Assembly: GCA_964057225.1 (NCBI GenBank)
Contig: OZ059898.1
Span: 9,052,001 to 9,116,000 of the forward strand
DNA: 64,000 nucleotides
Reading direction: 5' to 3'
From: Auanema rhodensis
Lineage: Eukaryota; Animalia; Nematoda
Shown in pieces: positions 13,997 through 26,387 of the stretch; positions within the stretch are counted from its first letter, which is position 1; each line of letters starts with the position of its first letter. Made by a program: the position numbers and the translations under genes. The notes below the pieces were generated by a model. It did no database searches and was not told the DNA's origin. It saw nothing but the letters and a program-made list of their open reading frames with translations.

Positions 13997-15974
13997 TGCA
14001 TATAGCTAAAACTACAGATATATACCATTTTCACTTTTATATTAACAAAAATAATTTTATTTGGAAAGTACAATCTTTGAAATGATGATGTACAACATGT
14101 TTATAAGGAAATTATGTTGATATAAAAAACTTTCAAATATTATGTGGAAAAATTTTATTTTAATTAAATTATGATTAGACTTAAAATAATAAAAACTATA
14201 TACACATAGTATACACTTTTAAAAATATTTATTATTGTTTTTGAAAATAAAAAAAAATCATTTTTTCAATAAAATACTGTAATATTAATCATTCTCATTT
14301 TTCTATACAAGAGATTTGATATCTTCAAACAATATTATAATATATTCAAAGACATATAAGGATCAAATAGATCGATCTACGAATTTTCTTGACAATCTGT
14401 TCGGAAAACAATAATCCAACTATGATCTCTATTCGGATTATCCACAATTTATATTTCTTGGAATTATGACTTTATCTAAGAAAAAACGGTGAACAAACAA
14501 AAGCTAACTGAAGACAAAAGAAGATTAGAGGGTGGAGGATTAGTCTACACATACAATTTATTTTTCTTATTATTTTTATTTTTACTAATACATTGTTCTT
14601 AAAAGTATTTTAACTATATTAAGAATAGTTTATACAATATTGATTGAAAATATAATTTATTTTTCAAGTTTAACGAAAAAATTCGTAAAAAAAATTTATT
14701 AATGTCACTAAGATAAAAAGAGTTTCTATCGAAATATCTAAAAATACTTTCGTGTTCTAAATATTATTCTCAACTAAGGATTTGTTGAGAAAAATAAGTT
14801 TTTCTTTATTAAAATATTTTAATAAACAACTTTGTTTTTGAATCAGTTACTCATCTAAATCAATTTTAATTATATTTACAATTTTGAAAATTATACAATT
14901 TCTTAAAAATAAGATAAGGTTTCCTAGAACACTCATGATAAGGTATTTGGGTCCAAATTTCAAAGGAACCATCAAACCGATAATTGAACGTTATTTCTGC
15001 ATTAAAACGTTTTTTTCTGATTTTTTGCGATTCGTTTAAATTTTCGGAGATGAATGCCAATCAAATAAAATTTTCAGGTAAAATATGTGAATAATTTTAA
15101 AATAAAAATTGACAATATATTAATATTATATTTATTTTACGTGCAAAGACAATTAAATTTAAATTCAACTGTACGAAAATAAATATTTTAATGATTTTTA
15201 TTAAGTTTTATAATAATTATATATGATATATCAACCATGAGTAATATGTTTTGAAGTCAAACTATTTACAAACATATATGCATTCTGATAAGGGATACTT
15301 ATGCTAGAACTCTTGAAATCATATTGTAAATATCTTACATCAAAAGCATTAATTCCAAATACTGTTCTAGAAAGAAAACAAAAAGCAGGGAAAGTCGGTG
15401 CAGAATGGGTTCCTCGTTCATATTTTCGTTACAGGACCAAAGTTCTTAGTGTTGTTGATATCATGTATAGCACTATGATCGTTCTTTGAGGTCTCGCCCG
15501 TTGCGCCTGCACGTTGTCATCAAAACGGAAACAAGGTAAAAGAGCGATTCCAAAAGTAGAAAAGCTTCAGAGACATAGATATAGAAGCTATAGATAATAG
15601 AAAATGATAGAGAATTAGAGTATTAGAAACATTTAATAAGAAGAGATTTGAAAATATTAGAGAAAATATAATAAAACAGGGATTTTTATTTCCAACATTT
15701 GTTACATCATCCTTGATTATTTTGGGGGACAAAGAGTTGAAAATTAAATATTGTAAAGATAAAAAGCATTTGATAATGTAGTATAAATCACTTAGTCGTT
15801 TTCCTAAAAAAATTGAAATATTTGATGAAATTTATAAAAATCTATAACACCATTAGAAAAAAAAAGAATTAATTTTATAAAATAGAACTGATCATTTTTA
15901 AGTAATATGATCTCTGTCAATAATTTTTTTTATAAAAATAATTAGAAATATCAGACAAGATTATATTAAATATA

Positions 15975-15978
<4 letters not shown>

Positions 15979-16015
<37 letters not shown>
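15979..16015. repeat. (AT)n microsatellite
   Basis: Uninterrupted TA run. Confidence 0.95.
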
Positions 16016-16017
<2 letters not shown>

Positions 16018-19000
16018 TTTATTAATGTGAATAGTTAAGAATATTTATAAGTATTATATTAATTTATAAAACAAAAATTAATATTTTTTTAGTCTAATAT
16101 TTGCTCAATTACTATATCCAATTCATTCTCATGAAACATTTAATAGAAGATGTATAATTTCAGGTCCTCCGATATGATTGAAAGCCTATAGACACATGCG
16201 TGAACATAAATGATTTCTCTATAAGGCATATTCGTGAGATCAAGTTCATTGAGTTCATTTTGCAAAGCCCATTACATTGAGTACTTCCTCATTAAATGCA
16301 GGATAGAAAGTTTTATAAAAAAATGAAATCATCATAGATTATTATAGACTAATGAATTAAGACATTATTATAAATCTTAAGAGTATGAGATAAAAAAAAC
16401 TTTTCTTCTTCTCTCATTATAAATGAAAATCTATTCAGATGATACTCCTAAAATTAAGTTTAATTATAAAATATATGTATATATTTACATATTTATATTG
16501 TTTTATATAATTAATTCATTTAGAAAATGTTATAAAACCATAATATCTTAATCATATAATGCTTCATCTCATTCTATGAGTTATATTTGAGAGGTGATGA
16601 AGATTCAATGATATCATATCCGATTGGATTACAACGGAAATTGTGCCTAATGCTGGAAAAAAAAACACATAAAGGTATAGAAAAGTACGAAGAAAACTAC
16701 TTAGATGTATTTAAGCATTGTGTTCTATTTCTTAGAATTATTACATCATCATTATATGAAAGTGATCTTAATAAGTTTAGATATACATACATATAACGTC
16801 ATATATAATAATTCTAATTTTATATTATAACATTATGTGATATAGTTTAATAGATAACTCATTAGAAAAACTTTTTTTTGAAGCTAATCATCATATTTGT
16901 AGACTCATATATATATAGATTTATATATATATATATATATATATCGTTCATCATCTTCCGCATGTATTCCAAAATTATTTATGTACTAAACGAAATTTTT
17001 TATTTTTTTTCTCGTGTCAATATGATGTTTAATCATCTGTCATTAGAAATTAACGATTTCAGGATTAATTCGTTATGAGGTTCACATAAATAAAGGTTTT
17101 TGTCTCAATCACATAGGGACTTATTATTATTATTATGGTTTTAATTGAAAGATAAAACTATAATAATAGTCCGCCTAAGACAAAATTATATGAATGTCTT
17201 CTTCATAATGTGATTTCTGTCATCAAATCGTTTTTTTGTATCCATTTATAGAATAAATTCTTCACATTAGGTGTCATTTTGTCATTTTTTTTAAACATCG
17301 TATCGGCTGAAATATGCTGATGACCTGAGATTCTTAATCAAACCTGTTAATTAATCTATCGTTTGACATATGTTTCCTTGAAATTTACCGAAGTATCATT
17401 GCTCGCTCTAAGTATAATCGTTTTCGACAGCCAGGGTACAGCATGAGTTTACTTTTCGGAAACGAAGTTGATAAATCAGACGATAAATCGTTCGAGCATC
17501 ATCATGCTATTGATGTATGATGAAACGATGTTTTGTACCAGAATTATGGTATTTAACTTGATGACTATTGAAAGTTTCATTGTCACACTTTCATATTGGC
17601 TTTGTACTGACTTAATCTGGCTTTCCGCCTTCATAACTATAATATCATAACCCAATATGATAACATGCCTGTCATATTGCATCAGATAACGTTTTATTCA
17701 CGTGAACATCATGAAATAGAAGAGAAACATGACTGATGAAATAAAATGAGATTGAAGACAATACATACATACATGAAATCAAACAGATGAAAATTCTATT
17801 GAAGAGAAGTGAAACGAAGATCAGTGCAAAATACATACAATATATTGATGCACATATTTTAACAGGAATATAAGTTAAAACTATGATATTTTCTATTTTA
17901 TTGAAACAAAATGTTCAGTCATTAATGATTAACAGTGAAAAATATCAGTTATTGCAAGAGAAAGAAGATAGAATTGGAGAAAACAATACAATGTACTGTT
18001 CAAAGTTACATCTTTCAAAGAATGGTTATGGTATTTCTCCATTTTTTTTCAAATTTGTTCATTCTCTCACTGTCCCGATGTCTGTCTTTCATCAGCTTGT
18101 CTTTCTCCTTTTTTCTTTTTCACTATCTTCGTAATACAGTAATTGAATCTCAAATCATCATTTGCAATCATTCTATTTCTTCTTATTCACCTAACAGTTA
18201 GGAGAATCATGCTAGCGGACAGACATTTATCCTTGTCCAATTGGTCTTATGACGATTGATGAATAAGTTCTGCAATCAATTGTTGTAATTCACGTGTTCG
18301 TCTGGATTTATTGACTTCGAAATATTAATCATTGAAGTCTAAAAGAGAACACAGTTTGTATTTATGAACATGGTGTCGGAAATTAGCACGTGAATAATTT
18401 GAAATTTCCCAAGGGGTGGGGGATCTCCTGAACGGAAAATTAAAAATTTAGATCTATTTTTATTAAATATAAGGGTCGAATTTCTAGTTTTTCAACTTTT
18501 CAAGAAATAAACGAAAATTGATTATTGATAGTTAATTGTCTTATAAGAGATCAAATTGTAGAATTAAAGAGTACAAGTTGTATTTCTTATCAACAAATTG
18601 ATGAGAGAAAAATAGAAAATTCATTAAATTGTTTATAAAAGTGAATGAATGAAATGCCTTTTCATATATTTATAATTTAAAATAAAAACATTGTACATCA
18701 TGAAAGTTGAAACAATGTGCTAAAAATAATGTTTAATCTTTAACAATAAATTAATAAAAAAAATACAATTTTGATGAGTTGAAGTTAATTTTTAATTGTA
18801 AGAAATGGAAAAATTCAATATTTTATTTTTTTATTTCTTTTAAAAAATGAAATACAAAAAGTACTTTTTTCAATTAATTCAATTGAAGATCACGTTTCGA
18901 CCTGTAAGGTGTCATCGAAAACAGAATTTGATTGGGTGAGAAATGTGATATTTGTGGAGTAGGGAGATGATATATGAAGTTTCAAATTAAAAAAAAATCA

Positions 19001-19136
19001 GAAAATCTTATATTTGAAATATATGAATGAAGAAGCATTTATTACACATTTGTTTTATCATATGATACTTCTTGAATATATCGTAAAATCAAAATGAAAC
19101 TCTTGGTTTTTATTATAAAAAATTGAAAATGGTAAT

Positions 19137-19138
<2 letters not shown>

Positions 19139-19169
<31 letters not shown>
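19139..19169. repeat. (AG)n microsatellite
   Basis: Uninterrupted AG run. Confidence 0.95.
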
Positions 19170-19172
<3 letters not shown>

Positions 19173-20377
19173 GTTTTTTTGGAAAAACGAAGCTCATAGT
19201 TCAGTCATCGAAAATGGTAATGTTTAACTTTATCATCATAAGTATCATCATTTCTAGAAAAAAATTTAAATAATTCTCTTTACATGTTAACATATTACAT
19301 ATATTCTTAATCTATATGTACAGGTATTTGCAACTATTGTTACTATGAAAGTTCATTTATTTGTAAAATGAATATAATATTAAACGATGTTGCATAATTT
19401 GTGTCAGATTCATGTATACATATACATCTTACAACGTGGAAAGCATCAGATGATGACATTTCATGTTTTAATTTCTAAACTTGGATGCTTTATATTTATT
19501 TATCACGTGTTGTTCAATTTGCAAAACCGGAATATCATGTGAATATCACAAGTAAAGCAGTGGAAACCCCTGGGCGATAGGGTGGCGGGGGGGGGAGTGC
19601 AGGAGGATGGTGGTTAGAAGAGGGGAAATAGAGAGTGAAAGAGAGGTTGCGATATTACGAGAGAAATAAAAACAGAGAAAAGAATGTATGAATAGATGTA
19701 TTCGCAAAGAGAATACGAGGACATTAATGAACAAGTTGTTTGAGGTGAATACAATACGGGTGTTGTCCTCTCTATTTCATTTCATTACTTCATATATTTA
19801 ATATAATATTATGATTTTATCTTCTTTTTTTTCTTCTAGTCCACCTCATACTATCATGAAACACATGAAAAATGCCTTGATTTCAAGTGCAGATAGCGTG
19901 TACATGTTCGGACCGTCAGATGTGGCAAAAGGACAAAGTCTATGTGAACGGAACCAATCTAATAACATTTTGTGATTTAACTATAAATATAACGTTATAG
20001 AAAGCTTAATATATGTAAAATATCAGAACAATGATGTGAAAAATAAAAAATAAAGTATTTTTGAAGTATACACTGCAAATTTAAAAAAAAAAACGATATA
20101 TGCATATGATAATAATTTAATTTAAACTTCAAAATTTTATATTTTTTGAAGAAATATTATAAATTAATAAAAAGAGGTTGTATAATTATTCTTTTTTTTT
20201 AATTCTTTTATATAGTTTTATTAAGTTTATTATTATTTTATTTTATTTTTATAATAATATTTATAAATTATAATTTACAAATATTCATAAAAACTTAAAT
20301 AATATATATTTATTAATAAAATTATAATAAATAACATTATTATTATAAATATACACATACAATAATTCAACTTGTTG

Positions 20378-21172
20378 TTATTCAGAAGATGAATACAGTC
20401 CGACAGATCGTACTGGCTGGTTAGGATAAATTGGTAATATGTCATCAGAATTAGAGATTTCCAGAATATTTCTCATGTCGTTTAAATGAAAATTTCGAAG
20501 TTTTGGCTTAAATCCAAACTCTTGTGCTAATCGAGCTAATTTATTAAATGAATGTGGTGGTATTTTCAAATCATTTACAGATATTGAACGTCCTTCTATT
20601 AAAGGACGTATGCTTTCGGAGATTTCGAATCTACTTGGTTCGTAAATATCCTGAAATATTTATTTTTTTGTTGTGAAATCTGTATTATGATGAATATAAT
20701 ATACATATATTATTCATGCAGATTGATTGTTTGAGATGCTGATTAGTTTGGACTTACAGAGATCGATGACGTCATCAAATTTGTATCGTATAGTTGAAGA
20801 TCATTTTCTGATTGTCTTATTATATTATCAGCTAATGGAATTTCAATAGATCGTGGAGCAGAATTCATAGATTGTTCAGTATTAGCATCATCTGATGTCG
20901 CTTAAAACATCATTTTCATAATTATGTGTAAGAAACGAATAAAATGCGAAATATACTGATAACTACGGTCAACTCACAATGAGAGAAGGGAAGAAATACA
21001 TGTCTTTTCAATGGATGCTGGAAATGATTTCGTTGATTAAGAGTTGTTGGCTAAAAAACTGATATTCGTTTAATTGTAAAATAAAAATGTTATATCTTAC
21101 CTGACATGAAATATTATTTATGTTATAAAATATAATGATTGAAATATGTAATAATAGCACTAGCATTGACAT
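20378..21172 (-). CDS. Novel secreted protein, about 187 aa, 4 exons; possible peptide precursor
   Basis: Exons are 21172-21101 (MSMLVLLLHISIIIFYNINNISCQ, signal-peptide-like), ~21050-20978, ~20900-20758 and ~20650-20378. They are joined by phase-consistent GT-AG introns with strong donors (GTAAGA, GTGAGT, GTAAGT). No family recognised. Confidence 0.75.
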
Positions 21173-21613
21173 AATGTTGAAATAGCTCCGAAAATAATGC
21201 TGAAGTTGAAGTTGTTCTCCTCTTTCTGTGTTTTAGCTAATGAAAGATGTATGTTTTCCTTAAATATCTGGAGATTATTAAGGAAACCTTAGACAAACAG
21301 TCTTCAAACTAGATATACATAGGCATTTTTAACCGCTGACCAAATGAACGGAAGGGATTATAAGCTTGCTCTATTTTCTCATTCAGCAGTGAACTATTTT
21401 TTGTACAAAAAAAATTAAGACAAGCATTTAAAGCATTTCAGTTAGAACAAATGAACATTTTTGACTATTATTCTAGAAACTAATGATTATAATTGCTTTT
21501 GTTTTCTAAAAATAATAGTATTCTGCCATTTTCTGAGGTGTATCTAAGCTGGGACCATTTTTTCTATTCATTTCAAGCTTATAATTTCAAGATTGCGGTT
21601 GGTTTTTAGCATA

Positions 21614-22181
21614 ATGGCAACTAAAAATTTTGTTGAGAAGAAAGAAATTGAAATAAATTGTAATTCAAGTGAGAATATTTTTTATTTTTATAATATTCTA
21701 AGCATATTTAATAAACAATTTATTATTTTTCTATTTTTTTTAGGCAAATGCTTATCTAAACTTGAGCAATTATTCAATGCAGCAAGAACAGGAAATATAT
21801 TAGAAATATTAAATTTATATAATAAAAATGTAAATCTTACAATGCAAAATGAAGATGGTAATACAGCTCTTCATATAGCTGCTATGGTATAATTAAGATT
21901 ATGTGATTGAATATAATTATCAAAAATTATTTTTTTAGAATGGCCATTCCTTAGTCTGCCGATTTTTAATTGTTTTTTCAACACCAACTAATTTATGGAA
22001 AATAAAAAATAAAAGAGGATTAATTGCAGAACATTTAGCAAATAATGAAAGGTATTTATATAACTTTATAACAAAGTAATATTTGTTGAAGAAATATAGA
22101 ATTCAAAAAGATTTACAGGATATTGAGATGAAATCACCTCGTAAAGAAGGTTATTTGAATATTCACTTATTAATCTTCTCT

Positions 22182-22223
<42 letters not shown>

Positions 22224-23843
22224 AATATCTAAAAATATTTTATTTTTATATGTCAATACCAAAGAGAATGATCGTTTATTCAAATCCATTGAGAAATTAG
22301 AAAATTCAACTAAAGTTTTGTTATCTTTAGATGGAGGTGGTATTAAAGTATTAGGTTTGATTCAGGTACAAATCTTGACTTTATTCTAATAAACTTAAAA
22401 TAATTCAAGATTTTAATATATTTGGAATCATACATTGAAGGAGGTTTTTTGGAAAAAATTGATATGATTGCTGGAACAAGTTGTGGAGGAATAACAGCTC
22501 TAATGATTGGAAAAGGCATAGTTAATGATTTAACTTCAACTTAAACTGATTATTTATCAGGATATACATTGGAATTTATGCGACAATTCTTTTTTGAAAT
22601 GAGAACAAAAGTATTCTGTGGAAATAAGGTTTTTTAGAATATTAATAGAATGAATTAATAATCTGTTTAGGAGAAATATCCAAAACATTCTTCCTCGGGT
22701 TTTGAAGAAGTAGCTCAAAATATATTCGGAACACAAGCAAAAATGAATAGTTTATCGAAAAAGTATATTGAAATTTTGATATTGAGTTTAATTTTATAAT
22801 AATAATTTTGAAGAATTCTTGTAACTGTAGCAGATACTTTAACAACACCCCCAAATCTTGTTCTATTCCGATCATATATTCCAAATATTCCCAAAGATAT
22901 TGCTCAACAACATCACTATCTTGATCCGTCTCGGATACTTGTATGGAAAGCAGCTCGATGCACATCGTAAATAAAAAAAAAATTTTTTTCATAAAAATCA
23001 TTTCCATTCAGAGCAGCTCCATATTTCTTTGAATCATATAACGGTTTATCTGATGGAGGATTAGTAGCCAACAATCCAACTCAAACATTAATGTCTGACT
23101 TTTTTAATATTACAAAGTTGGAATATCATTATTCAGTTACTTATATTTTAAAAGATTTTATATAATTAGTATAATTAATTTAGAAAACTCAGATGAATCA
23201 AGACAAAATTGGTGTTGTTATATCAATTGGAACAGGAATAGGACCACCAGAAAAAACTTCTGGAATTGATTTGAACTTCAAAAGTTTAGATAAGGTTTTT
23301 GAATGTATATTTCAATAATGTTGTTGAGTAAAATTCCAGAAAAACCCAATAAGATTAGCTAAAGGTCTCATGAATGTTGTAGCGACAGCTAAGAATGCAT
23401 TTCATTTATTAATTAAAGAAGTATTATTATTAAAAATAGACCAAAACTTAAATTATTCTTTATATTTCTATCAGGTTACATCATCTCAAGGAACTCCAGT
23501 TAGAAATAGTCGAGCATGGTGTCATTCTCTGAACATTCCATATTATAGATTAAATCCTAATCTTAGTATGGTAATAAAACTAAAAGAAAAACATATAAAT
23601 TTATAAGATTAGGATTTAGCATTAGATTGTACAAATGTTGAGAAGATTGTTAATATGATGTGGGAAACTGAGGTTATAACTCATTTTTAGAAACTATTTA
23701 TAAATAATTAAGTATTACAGATATACCTTAGATGTTCAACAAGTCCTGAAGTTGATCAATTATCATATCTGTTGAAATTAAAAGAAAATAATTCAAAAAT
23801 TATTCCAGAAGCACGAGATTCATTAGAAGTTTTGAAAGATTAG
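21614..23843 (+). CDS. Calcium-independent phospholipase A2 (iPLA2-like): short ankyrin region plus patatin domain, about 15 exons
   Basis: The spliced translation contains the ankyrin motif DGNTALHIAAMNGH, the patatin start LSLDGGGIK, the lipase motif AGTSCGG, WKAARCTSAAPYFF, catalytic DGGLVANNP, VISIGTG and RAWCHSLNIPYYRLNP. Stop is TAG at 23841-23843. Confidence 0.92.
22185..22220. repeat. (TA)n microsatellite inside an iPLA2 intron
   Basis: TA run within intron 22150-22264. Confidence 0.95.
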
Positions 23844-23847
23844 TAAA

Positions 23848-24416
23848 TTATTTTTGATGTTCATTTTTTTTGTGATCATGTCCATGATGTTGACGACGAT
23901 TATGATGATTATGATTATGATTATGATTCTTATCTTCATTCTTAGGTGCATGTGGTGTGCTACTATCCAAATTAATAGTTTTGAAAATTCTCTTAATTAA
24001 TATAATTATATAAATTAAGAATATATAGTTAGTTACTGGTTCTTTTTGAGGAGGAGGAAGTGCTGGAGTAGGAACAGGAGCAGAAGGAGATGGAGTATTC
24101 TTCACTTCTGAAATATTTTTATTTTAAATTAACTGAAGAAGATTTTGACTTTTATGATGATGATGATGATGACCAGTAGAATGATGATGATTTTTCTGAA
24201 CAAAAAAATTTTTCTTCATTCTGTTATTCAAATTACTTTACGAATCATCATAAGCCATGCTATTGTGAACAGTGTCCCCATAATTATACCAATATAAAAC
24301 TTATTTTGTGATTCAACCTGCCGTAGCACAAACATGATTCAAAATAAAGTTTTACGTACGTGAAGCTTATTGAATTGACGCCTAACGTGAGTACTGTTTA
24401 TCTTATCTCTTTTCAT
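23848..24416 (-). CDS. Small single-pass membrane protein with His-rich and Pro-rich segments, about 130 aa, 5 exons
   Basis: MKRDKINSTHVRRQFNKLH|VESQNKFYIGIIMGTLFTIAWLMMIRK|KNHHHSTGHHHHHHK|KVKNTPSPSAPVPTPALPPPQKEP|RIFKTINLD...HNHNHNHHNRRQHHGHDHKKNEHQK*. Four ~42-45 nt GT-AG introns keep the reading frame. Confidence 0.72.
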
Positions 24417-26329
24417 AGCTAGTCATGTGCGATGAACCTCGGACATCCACTAGAATCCCTGATATCTTTTCACACAAACTGCAAAATTTTCATAAACTGT
24501 TTGAAGTCTTCTGGCTTGAATTTCATTAGTTTCATCAAGATTTCAGATATTATCTTTTTACAGAGTGTTTGGAGTACACTAAACTAAATTAAACTCTTAA
24601 CACTCACAACTTTTCTTTTGAATGCGATACTTTGGTTCAGTTTTCATTATATAAACATATGTTTTAATTGAATATATGCTTTATAAACTTACACAACTTC
24701 TAACATTTAAAAACATTTTTAGTTTGAAGGAGTGTTCTGGGACTTATGAGTTGTAGTTGTCCCAATTTCATCGTACAGACTGTATATAATATCTTTGGTA
24801 TTAAAAAATATATTTTTATATTATGTTAGATTTCCTCTTTTAATGTTTTAATTTTTTTTACAAAAAAGAGTTATTTACAGCACAAGTTAGATGTTCCAGA
24901 CTCGCAACAGAAGTACTATTCAATTATTTTCACATCTTTCGAAGTTTTTCAAAATTTTTAAATTTATCAAAAATATTCTTTTGAACTTTCTTTTTTTAAA
25001 TCAAGATTGTTGATAAATCCATAAGATAATGAACTTAATATTTGATTTGCATTGATCGTCGATTCCATTTGTTGAGAAGTATCTCACTCCCGAATATCCA
25101 GCTTATTGAAAGGAAATCGGATGAATTACAGCCTCATTGAAACTCAGACAGAGACTCTTGACTATCTATAAAAATTGAATAATTCAATATATTTCCCTCA
25201 TGTCATGGGGAAGAAGGACGTTGCTTCACTACGATCTTCTTGCCCATACGCACTCCTATACCGATTTCATCCGCTGCGACCCTCTGCTCTCATCTCCTCA
25301 CATCCTTTCTCTTTCTGTTGTTCTTCTGGCTTTCTTTGCTTGCTACCTTCGTTCATTAATCTTCACCAAATCATATTCAATGTCTGAAATCTTCTTGATT
25401 CTCATCTTCATTTAGACTCTTCTCTTTTCATTTTAGTTTGCTCATCTCGACGATTATGAGATGTCCACTTGTTTTCTTACAGAACAGTGAGGCCAAATGT
25501 TGACACGGAATGTTTTTTGAATCATATCCCCTCAGGCTCGGTATCCCATATACAGATTTCAGTCGATATATCTTTATATCAGATTTGATTTTCTTTGCTT
25601 TTTTTCAATCAACTCTCGACTTTTCATTTTAATTTTAAAGTGATTCATTCACGAAGTCATTAATGTTTTTTTCAATACATTGCTGTTTGATAATCTATTA
25701 AATTTTTTCAACAAATCAAAGAGTTATTATATAATTTAAATATATATTATATGATATTTATAAACAAATTATAACAAATCAAAAAAATATTTGTCTAAAA
25801 ATAATTATTTTTGAAATGGTCACATATAATATATACACATCTAACTATTTACATATAACTATAGTTATAGTTAAAGAAATATTACAAAAACTGATTGAAA
25901 TCAGTAATTAATGTACGTTCACATGTTATAAATACAAATGAAAAGAGCTGAAGAGAATTAAATTTGTTTAATGCGATCGTGAGATGAAAACCAACACAAC
26001 TCAACGACTAGCTAAATGAATTTTTGATTTTGTGTTTTCCACTTCATTTCTGATATCTATCTTATATCTTCCAACAAATTTTGCTGAAAGATCTTCAGAT
26101 GGTTGATGTTGCAACTGAGCAACCTACATTCAGATTGGATTTTTTTTGTTTTCATTCTTAATAAAAAAATAATAATATTTAGTATTTTTTATATTTCTTA
26201 ATGCTTATTTGTATGAATTTAAAGCATAAGTGTAAGAAACATAAGAAAAACTTGAGGCTCAATTGAGTTGATGGTCACTCGTTCTCTCTCTTCAATAAAA
26301 GCGGAACTTAGAAGAGAAAATCTCCTCCC

Positions 26330-26333
<4 letters not shown>

Positions 26334-26374
<41 letters not shown>

Positions 26375-26387
26375 CTCTCTCTCTCTC
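26334..26387. repeat. (CT)n microsatellite
   Basis: CT run with a short interruption. Confidence 0.92.

Larger units (their letters stand above)
462..19509. promoter_or_regulatory. Extended regulatory region with 13 CACGTG E-boxes
   Basis: CACGTG at 462, 1221, 3922, 5306, 6730, 10384, 11232, 13016, 13250, 17699, 18291, 18387 and 19504. Only one (48528) was seen by eye in the remaining 44 kb. Confidence 0.55.

Noticed and set aside
15301-15489. ORF with GKVGAEWVPR, resembling the mariner WVPHEL linker
   Set aside because: Only a few residues match. No DD34D domain, terminal inverted repeats or TA duplication were seen.
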